64,000 nt of DNA, taken from NCBI GenBank assembly GCA_964106915.2, contig OZ066916.1. The stretch is one strand, 5' to 3'. Position numbers and translations under genes: made by a program. Origin of the DNA: Podarcis gaigeae (taxonomy: Eukaryota). The notes below the pieces were generated by a model. It ran no database searches. It was not told the origin of the DNA and saw nothing but the letters and a program-made list of their open reading frames with translations. Numbering within the stretch: the stretch's first letter is position 1; every line of letters begins with the position of its first letter. Shown piece by piece: positions 1-13,391 of the stretch.

Positions 1-2927
1 TGTGTGTAGCCTGAATTACCCCACTTTGCATCCTGTGTGCAAAGGTAGGGTTTTTCCTGACCCCTTATTTTGCAGCAAATTATACATTGTTTTTGTACTG
101 TTCATCACACTTAAATTTAGAAGTCTTTACGACAGAACGAACAGTGTTCAACATTCAGTGTCTTTTGCCAAGCAGATAGCCTGGGACACCCCCTTTTTTC
201 TTTTGAAAATGGATCATTGCATAATTAAAGAGTTGGCCTACATAGGCGACTTGTTTCCATAGCAGCTAAAGGTCAGAAATGTCATTTGGAAGGAGTAACA
301 TCAGCATAACACACAGTATGTTATGAATTTAAAAATTCCTCTTTTTTTGCAAAACTATTCATTTATTTGTCATGAAAACTGATGGGGTATATAAGGTAGC
401 AGAAACCCAAATTTGTGCATAAATGTGGCGTAGTCCTCCCTCATTACAAGCTCCATTTCTGACTTCGCTATCACAGATGACATTTCTGTGCCACCACTAA
501 CCCTCTCAGTGTTAAGTTCGAGACAAGAAGGAAAGGCTTTTGAGAACATGTTTGCAATGCAAGAATGAACCTCAGTACTGATCAGTTCATAAATTAGTTA
601 CAAATCGCAAAACAGAGGTAAATTTCTGGTTTATTGAGTTAATCCAGGATAGTCCATTACCTCAGATAAGGGGGAAGGAAGCTTTGTGTCTGTTGCTCCT
701 GAATGTAACTCATGCTAATAGATGAATATACTCTGAAAGTTCCTAATTATGCACCCTTCAGTTACAAAAAAAATAAAATAAAAATAGAATCAACAATGTA
801 AAGTGAAAAAGTGTAGTGTTTTATATCTGTGGGGAAATTTCTGATGCTTACCATGCTGTGGCCCTGCTGTGCACACGTAATGAGAGCAGCTTGACCTTTC
901 TGTGTGGTCAGTGTTTTGCTGTTACTCATTTGTGTTGGAAACTTTTGTGTGGAAGGCTTTCTTATGCCGACCCATGGGGTAGGGAAAGATCAGGGTGGAA
1001 TGCAGCAAAGCCCTGTGCCACTTGAATGTATTCATGAATGTTTAGGGCAGTTGCGTTTAAAAATGGCAACTTTGCCAATGCCCCTTAAACTATTTTCGCA
1101 CAGTTGGCTGCTTTATGCCTAAGACAATAAATACGACAGTTATATTTAACTAGACAACTAGTTCATTGTAGATTTTATAGGCATTAGCCTGTTTAACACA
1201 GTGCTGTTTGAAACAGCTTGCACTTCTTTAAGCAAGTGGGCAGTCAGTGGCAGTGGCGGGGGGCGGGGGGGGACTCCTCTTCCTTACTCCACTGCTGCCA
1301 GCCCATTGACTTAAAGGAGAAGTGTGTGCTGCTTCAAACAGCATTTCTGCTAAGGGCTTTAAGCCTCACTTCCCAGCTGATGAGCAAGGATTAAATCTGG
1401 CTGCCTTGGCTGCATGATCCTTTTCCCTGCTGGAAGCAGTGCCCATCGCCAGTGCAGGATTAAATGCTGCCTTCCCACCTATCAGTTGGCATCACCAGTG
1501 ACGACTGGTGGGTGTGTTTTTAGGAAATTGCCTTGCGGGTCAATTTTGTCCCATGAGTTGGAGGTTTCCCCACCCCTGATTTAACTAGGAGTCCACCAAT
1601 TTTCTTGGGAGAAAGCTTTGGGGAGTCAGACTTCGGTTCTTAGTCTCTAGATTCCTAATAATGTAAGAAGCTTGGCTGGACCAGAGCAAAGGTCCAACTA
1701 GTTCAGCTTTCCTATCCTGTATTAGCCAACCAGATGCCCGTGGAAAACCCACAAGAAAGACGGAAAGTGCTATAGCAGTCAATCCCAGTGTTCCCTATAG
1801 CATATACCTAGATTATTCTTTCTCTTGCTAGCTTTTGCTCCCTGCTGATGTGAAATATGCTGATATTAGTTATATGGGCAAAGGATAAACTGGAGAGCTA
1901 GATTTCTCCAAATCATTCCAAAAAATGTGACGTCTTCATTTTTAGCAGATCAAAAAATCATAGCACAGAGTACGCCACCTACAAATACCTAGGCTTACCT
2001 TACTTTATTTCAAAACTTAGAAAAATAGTATCCTAATATATGAATAATATATTTTACCTGATCAATTAATAAAGCATTGTAAATACTTTGTAAAAATATA
2101 TATTATCCAGGAACTTGTCATTCCCAAACTTTGTTTGTTGAGACCCGTGTTCTAGAAATTTAATTGTCCAATTCTTCTGTTTCCTAAGATACATAAGTTC
2201 CAGCAATGTTACGATATTCCAAATCATTTCATATCTGTGTAGGATTAGGAAAATCTTTACCCTCTGATTATATGCTCTCGTTCTAAGATTTCCTTCTTTC
2301 CATATGCTCATCCACCACCTGTGTTAGGACTACCTGGAGGAGCATTTGTAATGTGAGTGGAAGGAGGGTGTATTCTACAAAAACATAACAAGTCAACATC
2401 TTTTCCAAATCTTCTCTCATGGAGTGGGGAATACTTTGGAAATGGAGTTGACCTAAGTGCTAGTGGGTCGAAAAGTTTGTAAGGTAAGGAATTAGGCTGG
2501 AGGCAAGGCTTCAAGCCCAACTGTTAATTAAAAGTGCAAACTAATCCAAAGGAGTCAACCAGTTTTGGTTGTCATTGGTAACTGGGCATTACTGGTGGTT
2601 GCCACAAACCCTTTACATCCTTTTATTATTCCAAAATGTGCTGAGAAGGGGATTCAGGGAAGGAGTTAGTTTCACTTCATCTGGGTTTTGCTTTGTTTTG
2701 AGACAATTCATGATCCTTCACCTCAAGTCAGAATTGGTTTAGTATTTATCACCATTTTCTGAAAATTCTCAGGGGTGGAAGTTAGCTGTTGAATGCAAGA
2801 TTCTCCCCCACTTTTGTTCATATGCCTGCAAAACACCCCTGTAGTCATGAATGCCAACTGCACATGTGTTGTACCTTTGCTTTCTAGCTGGAAAGTTGAT
2901 GCTCAGTTTAACACATACAAACTTATA

Positions 2928-3169
2928 CAATGGTACCTCGGGTTACATATGCTTCAGGTTACAGACGCTTCGGGTTGCAGACTCCGCTAACGCAGAAATA
3001 GTACCCCAGGTTAAGAACTTTGCTTCAGGATGAGAACAGAAATTGTGCTCCGGCGGCGCAGCAGCGGCGCGAGGCCTCATTAGCTAAAGTGGTGCTTCAG
3101 GTTAAGAGCAGTTTCAGGTTAAGAGCGGACCTCGAGAACAAATTAAGTTCTTAACCTGAGGTACCACTG
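2928..3169 (+). mobile_element. Tc1/mariner (Tigger/pogo-like) MITE
   Basis: TIRs CA(A)TGGTACCTC / GAGGTACCACTG, TA TSD. Confidence 0.88.
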
Positions 3170-3525
3170 TATTATGAAGTTCGCCAGCATTGCTGCTTAG
3201 AAGTAGCTTCCAAATGTCTTTAAAGGTGAGTGACTGAGTAGCCAAGAGAGTTCTGTCTACCCTGCCCAGCATGAATAGAACATCCCACACCACCCTTTGA
3301 ATTCACTCTGATAACTTGTGGGAAGGAAGTCATGTCTCTGTGTTGTGAATTCAGGGGCAGGCTAAAGCTGGACTTGAACTGTCATAAAGTTGTGGAGTAA
3401 TCTTCTTTGGAAGAGGCTAAGTCAGTTGCTTTGTCTTCATGTACAGTTATCTCTGAAGTGCAGTTAATTGAATGGGAAAGTAAGAACAGCAAAGTCTAGG
3501 TGACTGGCCATTTAACTGTTTAGCT

Positions 3526-3709
3526 CATGGATAGGCAAACTAAGGCCCGGGGGCTGGATCCGGCCCAATCGCCTTCTAAATCCAGCCCACGGAGGGTCCA
3601 GCAATGAGCTTGTTTTTACATGAGTAGAATGTGTGCTTTTATTTAAAATGCATCTCTGGTCTGAGGGACAGTGGGCTGGCCATCTGCTGAAAAAGTTTGC
3701 TGACCCCTG
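3526..3709. mobile_element. hAT MITE
   Basis: Imperfect TIR CATGGATAGGCAAACT / AGTTTGCTGACCCCTG; perfect 8-bp TSD GTTTAGCT; subterminal CGGCCC motifs. Confidence 0.85.
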
Positions 3710-5544
3710 GTTTAGCTGTTGAAGAGACAAGCTAGTCTTTGGTACAAATTTTAAAATTTAAATAAAAAAGCTTATCTCTTCAGCTACAGAAGTGATAGCT
3801 GTGCAGACTTCAAAGAATAGTAGGGTAATAAATAATAAATGGAACCCAGTGATGGTGGTTTGGGGAAACTGAATTCCACAGAAGGAAGCTTTTGAGCAAG
3901 GGGTGAGTGAGGAAGTCTATTGCAGGAAGTCTGGAGGGAGCCCTTCCTCTCTTGCTGTAAGTCGCAGAGGAGGAAAAATCCATTTTGATGAACAGAACCG
4001 TAATCTAGAGTTTACAAAAATAACAAAAGCATTGTGTAAATAAACCTTTCTAGCATTTCTGTGTTATGATCCTGAGAAAGAAAATAAGGTGACTGACAAA
4101 CAACAAACTGGAAATAGATCTTATTGGTGGGAATATATTGCACTCCTAGAATTAGCAGTGATATTGTCAGTCTACTACTAGAAGGATAATGTATTTGCCT
4201 CCATAGTGCTTTGGAATATAGTGGAAACATTGCAGATCACAATTAGAATCATTTTGGCTGTAAGGTTGGGTGGGTGGGGGTTTTCAAACAGTGTTCTGTC
4301 AAGCATCTTATTAAACTTTTAAAAGTAAGAAAGAAAGCATTTTCCACAAACTGGAATCAATGTATATACAATGTGTATACAAAACTTGGGTTTTTAGCAT
4401 ATAAGCAAGATAAAAGCTTTTGTTTTATATAGAAATCTCTGCAGTATGATGTACAGGTTTAAATAATCATTGCACTGCATTGCAGAGGGTTATTAATACA
4501 TTGCCCTGCACTTTGAGGAAGAAGTCAGAATGTCCTCTAGAAGATCCTGAGTTGACTGCAGTTCATTTATGGTTTGTTAAGATTCCTGAAGTAGGAAACT
4601 TAATGCTTGCAAATCATTAAATTGAGACCACAATATCCCCCTCGGTCATTTATAGTTGATTTGCATTTAGGAAATGTATATGTTTTTGAAAGCATGGTTA
4701 ATTTTTATGGCAAAGGGGCACTCATAACCATACATTTCTGAACATTTCAAACAGACAGCTTTTTAAAATAATAATTAAAATAATAATAATAGAGACTTGC
4801 AGCAATAAACAAAATTGATATCCCATTTGGACAAAATAATATTCTCTTTATAGGATATCTTTTATAAATGTCCACATCTTCCATTTCTTGCTCTGGCAAT
4901 TCTATGAATTTTCAGAGGTCGTTACATTGGATAGTAGTAAAGGTAACTTTACTGTAGATTAAAAAGAAAACTTTATTTCGATGTTGCAATAAACCATGTC
5001 TATGTGGGAATTCCACATGCTGCCAGTTAAGCTTTTAATGTAAAAACAAAACTACATGAACCGATACTCGGTGTGCTAAACCTCTGGTCCACAGTGTACC
5101 ACATGGTAATGGAGATCAGCATAGTGACAGAGTTGCTTGCAGGGTTTAGACCTGCTGAATGAGCACACTTGAGCCCTGACACGTACCTTGCAGAAAGATG
5201 TCCACAGAACAGTTTGAGACAACGTCCTTTATGTGACCATTGTGCATTGTTTGAAATGTAGTTTTTCAATTTCTCTGATTCATATCTTGTATCAGCTGGA
5301 GAGTTTCTAAGGTCAGTCGCCTAAACCTGAAGTGATGTCATCAGTCATGAGGCTCTATCAGGATCAGGCATGAATTGGCAGGCTCAGACAGGTGAGGCGG
5401 ATGAAGGAGAATTGGGAAGGGGTGTTGTAGAAACTGGGGTTGGATGGTGGAAGTTATCTTGCTACTGTGGAACAGGAAGCAAGGAATGCTAGCTCTCCCT
5501 ATGTCCTTCAGACAGAGAGGAGAGCCTCATAGGAGACTAGAGAA

Positions 5545-5713
5545 CAGTGGCGTAGCGTGGGGGGTGCAGGGGGGGCCGGCTGCACCGGGCGCAACATCTG
5601 GGGGTTAGGGTTAGGGGGCGCAAATCCACGGGTTAGGGGGCGCAAATCCACGGGTTAGGGGACGCAAATTACTTGCCTTGCCCCGGGTGCTGACAACCCA
5701 TGCTACGCCACTG
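5545..5713. mobile_element. hAT MITE with internal TTAGGG-containing tandem repeat
   Basis: TIR CAGTGGCGTAGC / GCTACGCCACTG; perfect TSD CTAGAGAA. Confidence 0.9.
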
Positions 5714-6347
5714 CTAGAGAAGGCCCCAATCAGCTGCTGGCGGGTGGGGGGAATAAAGTAGAAGGCAGCAAAGGTGGATGCAGCCTTGTCACCAAGGGCT
5801 GATATAGCTAAGGCAAGATAAAAGGGTTTTTAATTTACAAACCAGTATGACATACTCACATTCTCTCAGTACTTAAGGCATAGACAATATGTATGTAGTG
5901 CTGTCTGAGTATGCACTTTTGCTTGAAAAACATTAAAAAACAACAAAAAACATTGCTGGGTCAGACCAAGGTCGAGCATATTATGAAATCTATATGTAAT
6001 AGTTGGTTTTGTGGGATGGGTTTTAATATATAGGAGAGGCTATATGCAGGTAAAATACTTATATTTACAGTAGAAACAGCCTTAGGCATGTGCCTGAGCT
6101 GGAGCAAGCAGAGGGCATGTCTGCCCTCATTGCTGGTCAAAGGAAGGAAGGGGGGAACATGAAATACTTCTTTGTTTCTTCCCACTCCGGAGGGGAAATG
6201 ACTTCATAAAGAGCCCTCTGCCAATTATATTTCTATGGTCTGAGTCTCTGCCTATCCGCAATACACCTTTGTGGTTGTTAGTTCCAAAACTTACTAACTA
6301 GCAAGAATATGCATTGTTGGATTTGACTGCTGTCTCCCATAGGTGTA

Positions 6348-6572
6348 CAGTGGTACCTCAGGTTAAGTACTTAATTCATTCTGGAGGTCCGTTCTTAACC
6401 TGAAACTGTTCTTAACCTGAAGACCACTTTAGCTAATGGGGCCTCCTGCTGCTGCTGCACCACTGCTGCGTGATTTCTGTTCTCATCCTGAAGCAAAGTT
6501 CTTAACCCAAGGTACTATTTCTGGGTTAGCGGAGTCTGTAACCTGAAGAGTCTGTAACCTGAGGTACCACTG
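6348..6572 (-). mobile_element. Same Tigger-like MITE family, opposite orientation
   Basis: CAGTGGTACCTCAGGTTA...TAACCTGAGGTACCACTG, TA TSD; reverse complement of 2928-3169. Confidence 0.9.
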
Positions 6573-9500
6573 TACCAGAAACTATACAACCCATGATGGT
6601 TTGATGAGATCGTTGGAGACCTTTTACATTCAAGATGTGTGCTCCATCTGTATGCGGTGCAATTATTAGACAGACTAAAATTTGTGAAATTGTGGCCTGG
6701 TAGTTTTGATATTACTAACATTTTAGAAGTACCTGATCCAGGTATAACGGGAAGTGCAGAACTGGACTGGACATAATAAGTGCCCTGATACCGTTACTGA
6801 TACCATTACCTGGCATTGGTGATATTTTGTTGTATGGCTGCATATTATAGTTTGAATTGTTTTTTTTTAAAAAAACAAAACACTAAAAATATTTATAGCG
6901 TTTTCTGTTCATGTTTTTATATTCTTTAAAAATGTAAATGCTTCATCGGGTATATGTGTATGCAAACTCCTCTCTGTCTTATATTTAAAAAAAAATTAAG
7001 CAAGAATGCATCCTTTTAATTTAAAGAAAATCTTTGATTTCTATTTTTTGCAGTGGTGGGGGAGGGCAGATAAAAAGTTAAAGGCCAAAATATTGCTGTT
7101 AAATTTTCAGGGCAGCATCAGCCATTTTTAATATGCCAAAACTGTCTTCACATGTTGGTGCAATTCAGGTTTACCAATTTACCTTTCTGTACTTTTAAAA
7201 CTATTATTCTCCTGCACTAACAGGACATTTATGATTTTATCTGTCCCAGCTCATATTTTCTTTGCATTTTTCTCAGTGTTGTATAGAGTTAATCACTAGT
7301 TGAAGGAAAGCACTCAGAATGTTGGGAGCTGCTCCCTCCCCCACCGAAAGAGACTAGTTAGTGGCGTGTTGCTCAGTGAAGTGTGCATTTAAAGTTACCC
7401 ACAGTGGTGTCTATTGTCCTGTTCCTGAATTGAATGATGTCATGTTTCATTTAAGGCTCTTAGCGATGCCGACGACTGCATTTGGTGTGGGCAATGAGAA
7501 AGTTGTGAATCAGGTTCCTGTGGAGCCTTTTGTGCATTAGGGTTTCGATAGCCGAAAGCTGACTCAGGCAGTATTTCTACCAAAGGAGCTGAATAGGCTA
7601 GCGAGACCATCTCATTTTACCTTAGTGCCGGAGCGAGGTGATTTGGGGGAACTGCCGGAGTTGGAGAAAGCATTTATCTTCTATTACACAGGTAGGTTGC
7701 AAGTTATGCGAGGGAGCGTAAGGGAGAGAGAGGGGAGCTTGCCCGTTCACTGCGTAAGGAGCATTGAAGACATTCCACAGTGGTGAGATACCGTCGCAGA
7801 GGACTTTCCTTTGGAACAGTGCTTGGGGACTCAAACATGTTGTATGCTATGACAGAAGACTGTGTGATAGAGCCAGGTAGCTTATTTGAGCTTGGGAAAC
7901 AAAAGGCAAACTGGTGGGCGAGTTTGTAGTTTCCTATGGGCGTTTGGGGGCATTTGAAAGGAGCCCATCACTGGCTGCAGGTTTTGCAATTCTTGAATGG
8001 GTTGTTGAATATTTGTGTAGTGTGCTGAATTTGCTTTGTATGCTGTAATGAATACAGTTTTAGTGGCCCTGTTAGAAGACTGTTGAAGATGATTGTGGTT
8101 TGTTTGTTTTTTATTACATTGCAGCTAAACTGCCCATGCTGCCTATGCAAAGTGGTGTTTGATGTCATCTATGTTCAGGACAGAGTGCCGAATCTGTGTG
8201 GGAAGTTTCTGTGACAGTAACAGCACCTGTGAGTGTGTGCGCACTGTAAGGTGGTCAAGCTCTGGAGCATGTCGTCCTTACCTTTCAAATAAAATTTGAT
8301 TACAACTTTTTACAAGCAACCTTTTTTACTCTTGTGTTGTGCAGCAGCATGACCTTAATTGCTTAAAAGCTCCCTAATTAAATTATTAAGAATGGAAATA
8401 GCTCAGATTAACATTTGATTTCATGTGGAATGAATGATAATTATTTAGTGGTGTAATGCTGATTATGTGGATAATAATTTTAAAATTAAGTGTTTCAGGG
8501 AGGTAACAGTATGAATCGTGTGCTTTAATGTGGGATGCAGATGTTCGCATGTAGTTTCAGCAATTAGTATAAGGAATGCAAATGGGTGTGGAGTCTCAAA
8601 TGTGGCCCTGTTAGATTTATCAAGCTACATTATTTTGACCTTTGAAATTGTCAGAAATAAGAGCACTTTCAGCAATTGCTGTAAGCATAACCAATGAAAG
8701 CATCAGCATCTCCTAAAATGCATAATGAATGGCGAAAACCTGAATATGGCATGCTTGATATCAAAACCTCATTTAAGTTAATATTAGACTATTAACCATG
8801 GGAAACTTATTTTTTCATATTTGATCTTGCAACATACAGTTTCTAGTACTAAAGTTACCTGTGAGTGCATTTCCCAGCCTGATATTGTATCACTGTCTCT
8901 CTAGTTCACTCTGTGCATTTGTTTGTGTTTAAAGTCTCTTGTTGGCATATCAGCGGAATGTGCCTTCACAGGCAGTAGGCCAGACAGGGTGGGGAGCTTA
9001 ACTACATTTGTGGAAAGGTATGGGCAAGAAAGGGATCATGTTGCTGAAACACATTTATCTGTGAGTGTTGATAAACATGCAATTAGCCCTCTTTCCATTG
9101 CTTAGCTTGCACAAACCAAACCATAGCCCTGTCAGTTGTAGATCTATGAAAGCATATAGAGCTGGCATTCTTCTCCCTGCCCCAGTGCACAATAAAAGGG
9201 TGAAAATGGATTTAATGTTTGATAAAAACCTGTTGCCCAAAATGCTGTCGTCTTGTTACCCACCACCACTCCAGTATAATTTTGCCAGATTTACCCGAAT
9301 ACTTCCTTGCCTCTACAACTGGCAGCCAGTGATAGGGAGCAGGGTGGCAGAATTTGGGGAAATGAAATGTTAAGCCTAACCAAATCTTATAAAGTAGGAC
9401 ACTTTGCTTGACACAAACATCCATTTTCTGCAGCAACCACATGTCAAGCACCTTGGGTATTTCCACTGAAGTATGCTTTCTGCAGAGGTACTGTATATAC

Positions 9501-9950
9501 CATAGGATTACAGTGTTTCAAGGGATCTTATAGGTCATAAAATGCAGCATCCTGTTCTTTTGGTCTAACCTTTATTAGAATTCTAGATCTCCTTAAAGAC
9601 CCACATATATTTATAATCGTAACTTTAATCTTTGTAATAAGTGTTGCCTCTATGCATTACCATTCAGCAGCAGACCTGGATATCCACCTGAACTAAAAAT
9701 TTCAGTGTCACTTACTGCTTTCCTTGGGCCAGGTCTCCCCTACTTAAAGGCCTCTAAGACAGGACAAAAGAAAAGGATAATTGCAGTATGCAGAAGGCCC
9801 CAGGCTAAATCCCTAGCATCTCCAGTTAAATGGTTGGGTTGCAGGTGATGGACTTCTGCCTGTGGCATTTGAAAGATGCTGCCAATCACAACACTGAGCT
9901 ACTTGACTAAATGGTCTGGCCTGGCATAAGCAAGTTTCCTTTGCTACTAT

Positions 9951-10775
9951 GACCTTGAGAGTCATCTTATCCAGCCCCCTGCAATGCAGGAATCTCAACT
10001 GAATCATGCATGGCCAATAGCCATCCAACCTCTGCTTAAAAACTCCAAGGAAGGAGAGTCATCACCTCTCATTGGAGTCTGTTTGACTGTTGAACATCTC
10101 TTACTGTCAGAAAGTTCTTCCTGGTGTTTAGTTGGAATCTCATTTCTTGTAACTTGAATCCATTGGTTCAGGACCTACCCTTCAGAGCTTGCTCCATCCT
10201 CTATGTGATAGCACTTTCGATATTTAAAGATGGCTATCAAATTTTCTCCCAGTCTCCTCTTTTCCAGGCTAAACATACCCTATTCCCTCAGCTGTTCCTC
10301 ATAAGGCTTGGTCACAAACCTCTTTATCCTCTTGATTGCCATGTTCTGCACACATTCCAGCTTGTCAATATCCTTAAATTGTGGTGCCCAGAACTGGACA
10401 CAATACTCCAGGTATGGTCTGACCAAGGCAAAATAGAGTGGTACTATTGCTTCCCTTGATTGGGACACTATATTTCTGTTGTTGCAGCCTAGAATAGCTT
10501 TCTCCCACTGCTGCATTACACTGGTGACACATATTAAGCTTTTGGTCTATTAAGACCCCTAGATCCTGTTCACATGTACTACTGGCAAGCCATGTGTCTC
10601 CCCCATTATATTTGTGCAGCCTAAGTGTAGAACCTTACATTTGTCCTTATTGAAATTCATTTTGTTAGTTTTGACCCAGTTCTCCAATCTGTTAAGGTCA
10701 TCTTTAATGCAGCATTGGTTACCCCTCCCAGTTTGGTGTCATCTGCAAGTTCGATGAACATCTCCTCAATACCTG
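9951..10775 (-). mobile_element. CR1 LINE 3' fragment (RT C-terminus and 3' UTR)
   Basis: ILGCNNRNIVSQSREAIVPLYFALVRPYLEYCVQFWAPQFKDIDKLECVQ...PYEEQLRE and LADDTKLGGV are typical of CR1 ORF2. Confidence 0.92.
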
Positions 10776-10855
10776 TTAGTCTTAAACTTTTCAGACACAG
10801 CTTTGTAATATTCAAATCCCATGAATTTGACTGCAGAGCTTTCATGCTCTTAAAC

Positions 10856-10988
10856 CAGTGATAGGGGACCTGTGACTATCCAGATGTTGCTATATAGTAC
10901 ACCTTCCACCATCCTTGACCATTCGCCATGCTAGCTGATGAGAGCTGGAGTCCAGCAACATCTGCAGATCTCAGGTTCTCCATTCCTG
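10856..10988. mobile_element. Palindromic hAT MITE (older copy of the 40331 family)
   Basis: CCAGATGTTG...CAACATCTG arms; TSD TCTTAAAC/TCCTAAAC. Confidence 0.7.
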
Positions 10989-12375
10989 TCCTAAACCCTT
11001 GGTCAAGGGCCTCTAACTTGAAGGTTTTTAAGAGCAGAGCACATTACAACTTAATTAAAGCTAAGTGGTTGTAAAAAACGATCAAGATCTTACATTGCAC
11101 AATATCTTCCTTTTTGCTTGTATTGCCTTAAATGTGGCCCCTCCTGAGGATTCTTTGCTTCTTTTTCTATAATTTATATTACTGAACTGTGCGGTGTTGA
11201 CAAAGTAAACATGACTTACTAGTTCATTCAGGTTATCTGTAAGTGAGACAGCGTATCAGTGAAACAGGAAGAAGGACTACAAAGTGATTGAAAGAAACAG
11301 GAACTCTTTCTGCCTCAGCTAAGGCAGCCAATCAGGTGTCCTTTGTCACAGATTTTAAGTTATACGTCTTTGTGATAAATTAACGGAAGACTTTCCCAGT
11401 TATCTTATTTATCCAGGTTTCAAGCCAGTCTAAATCTGCAGTGTATTTTTATTCTGGTTTTAGGGGTGTTTTTAATGCTGATAACACATATACATATTTC
11501 TTTATCAGAAACCAAGGAAAATTACTCCTTTTTCACTGAAGCTGCATATACTAATTTTTGTAATAATTTTAGTTCTAATCACAAAAAACTAAATATTTGT
11601 ATTATTTCTTGGGCACAGAGAGAGAGAGAGCTATGCATGAGTGCGATGGTGAGGCTTAATGGAGCATCATATCCACAGCTTCACTGCTAGTACCAGCTAG
11701 GGCAGAGTGTGGAGAACAGAGACTGTTCTGCTGTTCCAGCTCCCAGTCTAGTGCACCAAAGGGTCTCAGATCAATTCTGTTGCTTGATGGCATATGGGCA
11801 GATCCTGTGCTGGCTCATCCCTTCTCTGAAAACACTTCATTTCAGTGGTAGTGTCTTTCCAATTCCTCCAAACCCACTCCAGCATGGTGGATCAGGGTTT
11901 TTGCTTACTCGGTTGCAGTAAAAAATGAGAAAGTGTTGCCCGCACCTTAAAGTCTTAACAAATTTATTATTTAAGTACATATATTCTTCTTCTTCTCCCT
12001 CCCCTTTTAAATTAAAGTATGAAAACCTAATGAATTTCTAATGTCGCTGTGAACAGGTTAAGCAATTACTTACACATGTGAAATAGAAGATATGTCCAGT
12101 AAATAGTATGCCAAGAGATCTTCAGCTGACTAATTTGAGTGTTCCTTCTCGAAACAAAAGGGGTGGAATATAATCTCAACCACATATATAAAGATAAAAC
12201 TTGAATCTGAAAGCTCTCCTGTCCACATACAGTATCAAGAAGGAAAGAGAGAGGAAAAGAGTACAGTGGAAAACATACAAGGAAATTTTACAAACCAGTT
12301 TACAATCGTTACTAGCCCACCAAATGTTTCACTAGCTTATTTGCCAACTTATTGAAGCTTCCCTTACCTATAAGG

Positions 12376-12609
12376 CAGTGGTGTCCAAACTTTTTTCAAA
12401 GAGGGCCAGATTTGATAAAATGAAGAGCCCTGAGGGCCAACCAAAGTTGTTAGTTGTTAACTGAAGTTGTTGACCTTTTTTTTGGGGGGGGGGGTTTGAA
12501 GTTCTTGAGGTTTTTAGGATTTTACCCAAGGAAATAAACTGCCACAGGGGCCTGATTAACCGACCAGTGGGCCGCATTCGGCCTGTGAAACGGAATTTGG
12601 ACATGCCTG
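12376..12609. mobile_element. hAT MITE
   Basis: TIR CAGTGGTGTCCAAA / TTTGGACATGCCTG; TSD CTATAAGG/CTGTAAGG. Confidence 0.85.
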
Positions 12610-12971
12610 CTGTAAGGTATGCTTTCTCAGTACCAGTAATCAGTCAAATGGCTGTTTATATAGGCCTGAAGGAAGTGTCTAGGGAGAGACTATAGGGAAG
12701 CTGGTTTATTATAGCAAATTGGGACTGTGAGTGATGATTTCAAACAGCTGTCAAAGGTAAGCAGGTTGGACGTCTCCCTTTTTGGGGAGGATACTCAATG
12801 ATAATGACGCTTTATTTAACAAAGGCATTGTTTCTTTTTCCTCCCCCTAAAGATGGCTACCATTTGCCTCTTGCCGTGCCGCCTCCTGTGATGGTAGGCA
12901 CGACCCCCAAGACAACAGGGGAGAGCCTGCACAGAGAAGACGGACACTTCCACTACTGTGGGATTAAGACC

Positions 12972-13391
12972 ATGGAACTGTCAGACAGTGACCGTCCTGT
13001 CAGCTTCAGCTCCACCTCATCTTCTGCATCCTCCAGGGATAGCCACTGTTCCTTTGGCAGCAGAACAACGCTAGTTTCAAACAATCACCTGGGCTTATTC
13101 AACCAGGATAAGGAAGCAGGGGCCATAAAGCTAGAGCTGAGCCCGGCCCAGCGATTTTCCAGCAAGGAGCTGAGAAAAAACAACCCTCCAAAGGAGCAGA
13201 CCTCTGACGGAAGTCTTGGGAGAAGGCCAAGTATGCCACGGAGAGCTGAATCTAAGGAAAGTAGCAGAAACTGTGTCATGTCCTTGATTGCTGAGCCTCC
13301 AAGCCCAAAGCTCCTGTACGTTGACAGAGTGGTCCAAGAAATCCTGGAGACAGAGAGGATGTATGTGCAGGATTTAAAAAGTATTATGAAG
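12972..13391 (+). CDS. PLEKHG1: PLEKHG1 first conserved coding exon (exon starts at acceptor 12853; ATG 12972); N-terminus and start of DH domain
   Basis: [31 protein letters not shown]...[30 protein letters not shown] matches the PLEKHG1 N-terminus. Pyrimidine tract and AG at 12851-52, Kozak ACCATGG, donor AAG|GTAAGT (phase 0). Confidence 0.95.

Noticed and set aside
1198-1345. Imperfect long hairpin as a pre-miRNA
   Set aside because: Many mismatches, and it lies in what appears to be an old hAT-type element ending near 1578.
5608-5669. CRISPR-like array or true interstitial telomere
   Set aside because: Eukaryotic DNA, no spacers, and only short TTAGGG units within a MITE.
11905-11975. 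Second Penelope terminus or hammerhead
   Set aside because: Only a degenerate GCACCTTAAAG...AACAAATTTATT remnant; no catalytic core visible.
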